A stretch of DNA of 64,000 nt from Minisyncoccota bacterium (GTDB lineage: Bacteria; Patescibacteriota; Minisyncoccia; Phycocordibacterales; UBA9973). Below are positions 57,034-64,000 of the stretch, in pieces. The notes under the pieces are model-generated. The model did not search any database, was not told the DNA's origin, and was given only the letters and a program-made list of their open reading frames with translations. The position numbers and the translations under genes are program-made. Every line of letters begins with the position of its first letter. The first letter of the stretch is position 1. The stretch spans positions 403,307 to 467,306 of the forward strand of contig JBAZVG010000001.1 of assembly GCA_041661005.1 (NCBI GenBank). The letters are read 5' to 3'.

Positions 57034-57042
57034 ATTAAAATT

Positions 57043-58251
57043 CTAGCTAATACTTCCTGCTAGATTGTAAATTGGCATGAGGACAGACACGAGCAATATT
57101 CCAACGCCCAAGCCCAAAACCACGATCATCACCGGCTCGATGAGTCCTACCAGCGTATCCACCGCATCATCCACTTCACGCCGATAAAAATCAGTTAAAG
57201 TTTTCAAAATAGACACGAGAGAACCCGTCTCCTCGCCCACCTGAATCATCTGCACCAGAATGCCGGGTATTTCAACTTTATGTTTCGCAAATGCGACAGA
57301 GAGCGTCAATCCGGATTTCACCCCATCCGCGACTTCCGCTAAAATGCCTTTATACACACGACTGCCGACAACTTCAGCGGTAATGTCTATCGCTCGAACG
57401 ATAGGAACTCCGGAGCTCAACATGGTGCTCAGGTTGTCTGATATTCGAGAAAGATAAAGCTTTTTATACAAATTGCCAATAGCGGGCATGGAAAGTTTCA
57501 ATGAATCGAGATATTGTTTCCCCTTTTCGGTCATAGCCATTTTCCAAACCCAAATACCGAGCAAGACTAAAAAAATCAAAAAGAAAAAACCATAGTGGAC
57601 GAACAGATTTGAAATTGCTATGACTACCTTGGTGTAAAAAGGAATATCTTGACCGGAATCTAAAATAATCTCAGAAAGTTTTGGAATCACCACCACAAAC
57701 ATCAAAGTCATAACCACGAAAAAGGTAACAACGACGAAAACTGGATAGATAAGGGCATTTCTGGTCTTGGAGGTAAGAGAATATTGGCGATCTAAATATT
57801 CCGCCAAATATATAAACGTCTGATTGAGTTTTCCGGTTTCCTCTCCCACTTTGACCATGTTTATATAAAAATTCGAAAATACATCTGGATGTCTTGCGAG
57901 TGCTCCAGAAATGGAAATACCAGCTTGGAGATCGTCACTGACGGCAGTCAATTTGCGACCTAAAAGCTTGTTTTCTGTATTGGCCGCCAACATGGTAAAA
58001 GATTTCAAGGCAGAAACTTGCGCCTCAAACAACGTCGCGATCTGACGTGAGAGAATGACCACATCCTTATTCGAGACTCTCTCAAAAAAAGAGATCTGGA
58101 AAATTGATTTACTTTCCTTTTCGTCTTTGATGGAAATAATCACAAGCCCCCTTCTCTGAAGCCCAGAGACCGCCATGTCATGACTCGGCGCGTCGATTTG
58201 CCCTTCTTTTGTTGTCCCTTCAGAATCTATTGCTTTGTATTTAAAAAGCAT
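57043..58251 (-). CDS. pilC: Type IV pilus assembly platform protein PilC (GspF family)
   Basis: 402 aa with two GspF-type domains and three TM helices. Confidence 0.85.
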   Translation of the reverse strand: MLFKYKAIDSEGTTKEGQIDAPSHDMAVSGLQRRGLVIISIKDEKESKSIFQISFFERVSNKDVVILSRQIATLFEAQVSALKSFTMLAANTENKLLGRKLTAVSDDLQAGISISGALARHPDVFSNFYINMVKVGEETGKLNQTFIYLAEYLDRQYSLTSKTRNALIYPVFVVVTFFVVMTLMFVVVIPKLSEIILDSGQDIPFYTKVVIAISNLFVHYGFFFLIFLVLLGIWVWKMAMTEKGKQYLDSLKLSMPAIGNLYKKLYLSRISDNLSTMLSSGVPIVRAIDITAEVVGSRVYKGILAEVADGVKSGLTLSVAFAKHKVEIPGILVQMIQVGEETGSLVSILKTLTDFYRREVDDAVDTLVGLIEPVMIVVLGLGVGILLVSVLMPIYNLAGSIS

Positions 58252-58255
58252 ATAT

Positions 58256-59317
58256 TTATATCATTCGCTCAAGCCCCTTTGGATTGAGCGAATATTGATA
58301 AGCGTTTTCAATGGAAATCTCTCCAGAGCGCACTAGTTCCATAAGTGAATGGTTCAAGTCTATCATCCCAGACTCACTTCCTGTTTCTATAACCACATCT
58401 ATTTCATGCGTGCGTTTTTCACGAATTAGATTTGACACCGCGCTATTATTCAAAAGCAGTTCGTAGGCCGGAATGAGCCCGCCGGTGATTCTAGGGATCA
58501 ATCTTTGAGAAAAGATGCCGAGGAGTGATGACGCGAGCTGAGTGCGAATCTGGTCTTGTTGGTCACCTGGAAATGAATCGATTATTCTGTCTATCGTTTG
58601 AGAAGCATTATTGGTATGCAGTGTCGAAAGCACGAGGTGTCCGGTCTCGGCCGCGGTCACCGCAGTCGCCACAGTCTCCGGCGTGCGCATTTCTCCAATC
58701 ATTATCACATTTACGTCTTCGCGAAAAACCGACTTGAGCGCCACATGAAAATCATGGGTATCGATGCCCACTTCACGCTGGTTGATTATTGATTTATTTG
58801 GAGCATACACGTGTTCGATCGGATCTTCGATTGTTATGATATTGCGCGCTTGTTCATTGTTGATTAAATCAACCATTGCGGAAAGAGTGGTTGATTTACC
58901 TTGTCCGACAGGTCCAACTACCAGAAAAAAACCTTGTTTCTTGCGAGCCAAATCAGCAATGATAGGAGGCAAATGTAACTCCGCTATGGTTTTTACTTTT
59001 GGAACTAGACGAAACACTATATTGATCAAGCCTTTTTGAAAAAAAGCATTGCCACGCAATCGCGCTTCTCCGCGAAAATCATAAGAAAAATCCGCTTCCT
59101 GATTTTCCACAAATTTATCGATCTTCGCCTTAGGCAATATTTCACTCAAGATTCCCATCGTATCGTCATCAGTAAAAACTGTATGTTTTACGAGAAATAT
59201 CAGCTCTCCGGCCACGCGAATTACCGGCACACGTCCAGTGCCTATATGTAAATCCGATCCACCTTCGCGGATAACGTTCAAAATTAGCTCTTCAAGTATC
59301 TTTTTATGATCTGTCAT
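58256..59317 (-). CDS. pilT: Type IV pilus retraction ATPase PilT
   Basis: Walker A VVGPVGQGKSTT and GspE/PilT His box, about 350 aa. Confidence 0.85.
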   Translation of the reverse strand: MTDHKKILEELILNVIREGGSDLHIGTGRVPVIRVAGELIFLVKHTVFTDDDTMGILSEILPKAKIDKFVENQEADFSYDFRGEARLRGNAFFQKGLINIVFRLVPKVKTIAELHLPPIIADLARKKQGFFLVVGPVGQGKSTTLSAMVDLINNEQARNIITIEDPIEHVYAPNKSIINQREVGIDTHDFHVALKSVFREDVNVIMIGEMRTPETVATAVTAAETGHLVLSTLHTNNASQTIDRIIDSFPGDQQDQIRTQLASSLLGIFSQRLIPRITGGLIPAYELLLNNSAVSNLIREKRTHEIDVVIETGSESGMIDLNHSLMELVRSGEISIENAYQYSLNPKGLERMI

Positions 59318-59364
59318 AATGTTTTAATTTTCCGTTTCTTCGACGGAACGCCGTTGAGGGCGAT

Positions 59365-59766
59365 TTATTTTGGAACTACGACTTTTTTTTCTAAAATACT
59401 TACAACCTGACTGATAACTTCGAGCGGGGTGGAATTCGCTTTAATGATATAGCCCGCTACTCCCAGACTATTGCCTCGATCGATATCTGACTGTTGACTT
59501 TTGTTGGACAAAATTACTTTTACAGAATCCGGAGATAATTTATCGACATTTACTTTTTCCAACATTTCAAAACCGTCCATTTCTGGCATGATTATATCTA
59601 CCAGCACAAGATTAGGCTTGAGTCCGTCTTTGATTTTCTCTATAGCTTGCAGGCCACTTGTCGCCGTGTGAACTTCAAAGTTATTCTGGCTGAATTTGAG
59701 CGCATACATATCCAAAAGAAAACTATCGTCATCAACTATTAAAATTTTTCTTTTTTCTTTTTCCAT
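59365..59766 (-). CDS. Stand-alone response-regulator receiver domain (CheY/PilH-like)
   Basis: ILIVDDD, VLVDIIMPEMDG and K-containing REC motifs. Confidence 0.75.
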   Translation of the reverse strand: MEKEKRKILIVDDDSFLLDMYALKFSQNNFEVHTATSGLQAIEKIKDGLKPNLVLVDIIMPEMDGFEMLEKVNVDKLSPDSVKVILSNKSQQSDIDRGNSLGVAGYIIKANSTPLEVISQVVSILEKKVVVPK

Positions 59767-59820
59767 ATATTTTATAAAATGAGCTAAACCCCTGACTTAA
59801 TTATACTACACAATAATTCA

Positions 59821-61560
59821 TTATTCATTCTCGTTACTGAAATTATACACCTCTGTGAAAGGAATAACACCTTCCAAAGATTTGAGCATGGCATCTTCTT
59901 TCATCATAAGCATACCATGTCTGCGAGCCACTTTGTATATGTCTCCATTGGTGGGACTTTTTAATATTACACCCTGCATTTCCTTGTCGATTTTAAACAT
60001 TTCAAAAACAGCGATGCGACCTCTCGTGCCCGAAGGACATTCGCCAGAGGGAACTGTATCATACATCTCGTTTTTAGATTTGATATCTTTTTTAAATTCT
60101 TCCGGCAAATCTTTCATCTGTTGTTCAATTTGGATTTTAATGCTCTCATCTATAGGCACGAGCTTGCGTGAAGAAGGACAAGTCATACGAGCAAGACGTT
60201 GAGCAATAGATAAAATCAAGGTCGGCGCAATCAAATATGGATCGACACCCATATCGACCAAGCGGGGCACCGCGCCAATAGCATTGTTGGTGTGAAGCGT
60301 AGAAAGCACCAGGTGCCCGGTCAAAGCCGCTTGAATGGCAAGCTGAGCTGTTTCCTTGTCGCGTATCTCTCCAACCATTATTATATCCGGGTCTTGACGT
60401 AAGATAGAACGGAGTCCTGAAGCAAAAGTGTATCCTATCTCTGGCATCATCTGTGATTGATTTATGTCAGGCATGTGATATTCCACAGGATCCTCGAGCG
60501 ACACGACATTGCTTTCTTCTTTATCTAGTTCATTCATCATTGAATACAAAGTTGTGGACTTTCCCGAACCAGTCGGACCAGTAATCAAAATAAGTCCATA
60601 AGGCTGTTTCAGCGCTTCTCTGATCATGGAGAGATTTGTCTCGGATAAACCTAATTGATCCAAAGGCTTGACTCCTTTTTCGGAATCCAGTATACGCATT
60701 ACGACTTTCTCGCCATAATATGCCGGCATAGTAGAAACACGAAAATCAATCTTTCGTCCATCAATGTTGGCGGAAAACGACCCGTCTTGAGGTTTTCTCT
60801 TTTCATCCAACCTGAGTTTGGCCAGAATTTTTATACGCGCCACTACTCCGCTGTAAATATTTGGAGGCAATACTATCGTAGTGTGCAAACTTCCATCCAC
60901 TCGAAAACGGACTTTTACTTTTTCTCCGGTAAATTCTATGTGTATATCAGAAGCGCCCCCTTCCAAGGCATTGCGCAATATGACAGCGACAATCTTTATG
61001 ACCGGCGCGTCTTCCACTATCTTTGTCTCTTCGCCTTTTTTTATATTTTTTATCTCTTTGCTTAGATTTTCTTCGTTCAAACTTTTTGCATGATCTTCGC
61101 TCAATTCGTTGAGCGCTTCTTTTACTTGATTGCCTATACCTTTGTAGGTATGCATCAGATTTTCATAATCACTTTTAGAAATTAAATATATTTTGAATGG
61201 GATGCCAAGCTTGGCGGAAATAAACTGCAACGCATCAAGCGCCTGTATATCTTCTCCGTTTGTCACTCCTACTTCCAACACTCCTTCCCGCATCTCAATC
61301 GGGGCAAAATGATAGTGTATCGCCGAATCTTCCGAAATATATTTCAAAACATCAAAAGATGAATCTTCGATTTTTACTTTCTTTATCGGCATTTGCAAGT
61401 ATTTTCCTTTTATCTCTAGAATTTTTTCTTCTGTTATTCCAGATTCAATCAATGCTTCATCGATGTCTCCCCCGTGTTTCTCCTGCGCGCGACTTTTGAT
61501 CTCACCTATCTGGCTCTTCTCAATTATATTTTCTTTTACTAGCTCCTCTAAAAAACTCAT
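59821..61560 (-). CDS. pilB: Type IV pilus assembly ATPase PilB (GspE family)
   Basis: N-terminal T2SE_N domain, Walker A ITGPTGSGKSTT, Cys4 cluster (CPSSR...CPSG). Confidence 0.9.
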   Translation of the reverse strand: MSFLEELVKENIIEKSQIGEIKSRAQEKHGGDIDEALIESGITEEKILEIKGKYLQMPIKKVKIEDSSFDVLKYISEDSAIHYHFAPIEMREGVLEVGVTNGEDIQALDALQFISAKLGIPFKIYLISKSDYENLMHTYKGIGNQVKEALNELSEDHAKSLNEENLSKEIKNIKKGEETKIVEDAPVIKIVAVILRNALEGGASDIHIEFTGEKVKVRFRVDGSLHTTIVLPPNIYSGVVARIKILAKLRLDEKRKPQDGSFSANIDGRKIDFRVSTMPAYYGEKVVMRILDSEKGVKPLDQLGLSETNLSMIREALKQPYGLILITGPTGSGKSTTLYSMMNELDKEESNVVSLEDPVEYHMPDINQSQMMPEIGYTFASGLRSILRQDPDIIMVGEIRDKETAQLAIQAALTGHLVLSTLHTNNAIGAVPRLVDMGVDPYLIAPTLILSIAQRLARMTCPSSRKLVPIDESIKIQIEQQMKDLPEEFKKDIKSKNEMYDTVPSGECPSGTRGRIAVFEMFKIDKEMQGVILKSPTNGDIYKVARRHGMLMMKEDAMLKSLEGVIPFTEVYNFSNENE

Positions 61561-61641
61561 CCTATCAGAAATTTTATTAGTAATTTTGTTTGATGTTTTT
61601 TAAACATATGTTGAATTTCTAACGAAACACGCGTATTTGAA

Positions 61642-61983
61642 TTAAAATGCTACATCAGCGCCAAGCGGAGCGAATGGGTTTATTCGACCTTCATTGCCAT
61701 CTGGCACGAGCGTGATGCTCGAATCATGCAAGCTTAGAAACGCGCTATTGGAAAAAATAGCATCATTTAATTTTATATTTTTAACACTCAAGAGTAGATT
61801 TAAAAATTCTTGAGTAACTGCCGGATCATTTTTTTTTGTTATCGCGCCGGGTGTTGCTGGAACACTAGGAGAAGAAACCAAAGTTGCTTTATTATCGGGA
61901 GATGGTTTTATGAAAAAGATATAAATCAAAACAAAGGATATACCGATTGCAATAAATATTATTATGTTTTTTATTTTTGGCAT
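61642..61983 (-). CDS. PilP-like small membrane protein (putative)
   Basis: N-terminal TM helix. C-terminal GRINPFAPL resembles the PilP RxPF motif. The position after pilO fits. Confidence 0.35.
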   Translation of the reverse strand: MPKIKNIIIFIAIGISFVLIYIFFIKPSPDNKATLVSSPSVPATPGAITKKNDPAVTQEFLNLLLSVKNIKLNDAIFSNSAFLSLHDSSITLVPDGNEGRINPFAPLGADVAF

Positions 61984-61984
61984 T

Positions 61985-62599
61985 TTAGTTTTTCAACCAA
62001 TAAGTTTTAATTTTAAAATCGTATTTATAAGAATCTGGAGATGGAGAACCAGTGGCTGTCTTGGTTCCGCTACTTGTGTCGGACGAAAATTGAACCGAAG
62101 ATATGTCTACGATTCGGAGATTGCCTTCCAGGGCTCTCGTAAAGTTGAGAAAATTATCATAGGTGCCTGTCGTAGAAAACGACAGATCCCAGACTCCATA
62201 ATCTCTGTTTGGAGTTTGAACTGCTCCGCCTCCTTTTACAACTGCTCCACCAGAAGAAGTAGTGCTTTTTGCAGAATCAGTGGGACTGTATGTAACATCT
62301 TTTAACGCCATTCCAAAAGGCAAAGCTACTTGTTCCATCTCAAGAATCAAACGTATGTTGTCAATATTTTCTGGTAAAAGTTTTTGAATTTTTAACAGGT
62401 CATTCTTGTTGATAGCATTAAACTTAGCGGTCAATTTATCCCGCTCGTTTTCAAGCGCCTTGGAATTAGAAAGAGCTTGATCATAAGACTCCACCTGCCC
62501 ACGCAGTTCATTGACATCTTTATAAAACGGATTGGAAAATACAAAAAATACAGTAACGCTTATCCCTATTAAAATGATCGGCATAATAAATCTCATCAT
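61985..62599 (-). CDS. pilO: PilO-like pilus assembly protein
   Basis: N-terminal TM helix plus coiled coil. Position in the pilN-pilO-pilP order. Confidence 0.5.
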   Translation of the reverse strand: MMRFIMPIILIGISVTVFFVFSNPFYKDVNELRGQVESYDQALSNSKALENERDKLTAKFNAINKNDLLKIQKLLPENIDNIRLILEMEQVALPFGMALKDVTYSPTDSAKSTTSSGGAVVKGGGAVQTPNRDYGVWDLSFSTTGTYDNFLNFTRALEGNLRIVDISSVQFSSDTSSGTKTATGSPSPDSYKYDFKIKTYWLKN

Positions 62600-62604
62600 A
62601 AAAA

Positions 62605-63246
62605 TTAGCTTTCTTGCGTTAAGATCGTTTGCTTATAATCAACAAAAGATGGATCGACTGAAAATTCTAAATCAAAAAGGACATTACCCTTGTCATCCAG
62701 AGTAAGATTGGAAAAAACAGGATCGATAAAATTCTTACCTTCGTCCTTGGTGGTAAAAAGATCGGATTGTAGAGCCACCGAACGATAGCCGACTGCAGTG
62801 CCACTCATTTTAATAAGAACCTTGGAATTTTTTGTGTCTTTTTCATTCCCGCCTTGACTCGACGAGTCAGGTCCAAAACTATAACTAAATCTAGTGTAAC
62901 GAACAGTCTTCATAGTAATGGCAGAAAGCGCCTCAAAAATAGGAGTTATCGCAATATGTTTGGACAAGATTTCAGTTGACGCCCGCAAGCGCCTGTCTAA
63001 AACCTGAAGCTCGGTTATCTTGGAAGGCTCGAAACGATTTCTGGCTAAAGTTAAATCATTTTCCATTTTGACAATGTCTTTCGCTAAAATACCTTTATAG
63101 AAAAAAAGTCCACCGGTCGCGAGCAACACAGAAAACAAAATAAAAAAAGAAATAACCGTAAAAAAACCAATAGATCGCGTCGTAACGACACGCTCTACCA
63201 CCATCGGTTTTTTAGGGATAAATGATGTTTGGAAATTCGGCTCCAT
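62605..63246 (-). CDS. pilN: PilN-like pilus assembly protein
   Basis: N-terminal basic segment and TM helix (IGFFTVISFFILFSVLL) followed by a coiled coil. Confidence 0.5.
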   Translation of the reverse strand: MEPNFQTSFIPKKPMVVERVVTTRSIGFFTVISFFILFSVLLATGGLFFYKGILAKDIVKMENDLTLARNRFEPSKITELQVLDRRLRASTEILSKHIAITPIFEALSAITMKTVRYTRFSYSFGPDSSSQGGNEKDTKNSKVLIKMSGTAVGYRSVALQSDLFTTKDEGKNFIDPVFSNLTLDDKGNVLFDLEFSVDPSFVDYKQTILTQES

Positions 63247-63308
63247 ACTACACTACTATTATATTATAAAAACAAATTATAATGAAGTAAAATGTGTATA
63301 ACTCAACA

Positions 63309-63419
63309 TCCACCCCGCATTCATTCTCCTCTTGAGGAGTACTCCGACCTAGGTCGGAGGGAGGTGGAAATGCATCCACCCCGTCTCGGATTACCGAGCC
63401 ACCCCTCAAGAGGGGAATT
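63309..63419 (-). repeat. GC-rich multi-hairpin mosaic element, copy C (minus orientation)
   Basis: The reverse complement reads ATTCCCCTCTTGAGGGGTGG-CTCGGTAATCCGAG-ACGGGGTGGATGCATTTCCACCTCCCTCCGACCTAGGTCGGAGTACTCCTCAAGAGGAGAATGAATGCGGGGTGGATG. It supplies the last codons and the TGA stop of the DUF559 gene. Confidence 0.75.
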
Positions 63420-63876
63420 TTAAGACACCTTTCCTTTTGTATATTGTTTCTAATACAAATTGATAAACACTAGCCAAATTTTTCTTAACTTCTATATCAA
63501 GTATCCGAACTACTTCTAAATTTAGATCTTTCATGAAAGCATCTCTTTCTGCATCATACTCCATTTTATTATCGTGGCTTGAACCATCTATTTCAAATAC
63601 CAATCCCAGTTCGGGAACAAAAAAGTCCACTATATAATTACCTATTACAACTTGTCGATCTATATCAAAGCCTAATTTATTTTTATCCTTGAATGTTTGC
63701 CAAAACAAAACTTCTGACAAATTGCCCGATTTTCTTAAATCTCTTGCTCTGTCCGTTAAAAGTTTGTTTTTTGGAATTTCCCAATAGGGATACAAGGACT
63801 TTGGATCCCATAATTCCCCTCTTGAGGGGTGGACTTTGTAATCAAAGGACGGGGTGGATGAATTCTTCTTGGGCAT
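63406..63876 (-). CDS. DUF559 (Vsr-like endonuclease fold) protein
   Basis: LRKSGNLSEVLFWQ...DRQVVIGNYIVDFFVPELGLVFEIDGSSHD...AERDAFMKDLNLEVVRI DUF559 pattern. Both ends overlap repeat-element copies. Confidence 0.6.
   Translation of the reverse strand: MPKKNSSTPSFDYKVHPSRGELWDPKSLYPYWEIPKNKLLTDRARDLRKSGNLSEVLFWQTFKDKNKLGFDIDRQVVIGNYIVDFFVPELGLVFEIDGSSHDNKMEYDAERDAFMKDLNLEVVRILDIEVKKNLASVYQFVLETIYKRKGVLKFPS
63812..63866 (+). repeat. GC-rich multi-hairpin mosaic element, copy D (partial left half)
   Basis: ATTCCCCTCTTGAGGGGTGG-ACTTTGTAATCAAAG-GACGGGGTGGATGAATTC. Lies inside the annotated 5' end of the DUF559 ORF. Confidence 0.7.
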
Positions 63877-64000
63877 TTAGTTATTTTGGCTTAGTCAGTA
63901 ACTACACCAAATCTATTTGTGTGAAATTAATTAAAGTTAGAGAGAAAAACAAAAATATAATAGAAAAAAGGTTTTAGAAATGTAATCAATAGTAGTAGAG

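Noticed and set aside
56740-57038. Two overlapping plus-strand ORFs (89 and 76 aa) between pilA and pilC
   Set aside because: They are read straight through mosaic-element copy B. The Gly/Arg/Pro-rich products are low-complexity and come from the GC-rich hairpins.
1-64000. Transposases, integrases, rRNA genes, CRISPR arrays
   Set aside because: No ORF has transposase or recombinase motifs. No rRNA-like conserved stretches and no regularly spaced direct-repeat array were seen.

Overview
This 64-kb window is low-GC (about 35%) bacterial chromosomal DNA with dense, mostly minus-strand coding. The short domain architectures (a 720-aa SMC with a CxxC hook, a NusB-Nudix fusion, a single-chain PheRS), together with a DNA-uptake-type type IV pilus locus, look like a reduced-genome Patescibacteria/CPR-like organism. 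That assignment is inference only.

Housekeeping content:
- A partial J-domain protein followed by two tandem TPR paralogs.
- A thiol/disulfide, metal and glycosyltransferase cluster.
- The dnaG-rpoD operon.
- rpoB-rpoC.
- rpsP, a KH protein and trmD.
- RNase R.
- capA.
- maf, a short SMC, rnc and a NusB-Nudix fusion.
- rpmF and thrS.
- gyrB.
- A single-chain (mitochondrial-type) pheS.
- A UvrD-type helicase-nuclease.
- truB.
- tRNA-Ser(GGA).
- ligA.
- A roughly 17-kb type IV pilus locus: a large pilin, four minor pilins, pilD, pilA, pilC, pilT, a REC protein, pilB, and PilP-, PilO- and PilN-like proteins.

Unusual content:
- Three paralogous PaaX-like regulator genes, each bracketed at its 5' and 3' ends by its own cognate pair of 32-38-bp imperfect palindromes.
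- A dispersed GC-rich multi-hairpin mosaic element. It has four copies here, one an in-frame insertion in RNase R, and two bracket a DUF559 endonuclease gene next to pilN.
- A different 93-bp palindromic element inserted in-frame exactly in the zinc-finger loop of LigA.
- A 650-bp GC-rich island of nested inverted repeats.
- A solitary MazF/PemK-like toxin with an antisense small-RNA candidate.
- Tandem minus-strand terminators framing a candidate sRNA.

No transposase, CRISPR array or rRNA is present.
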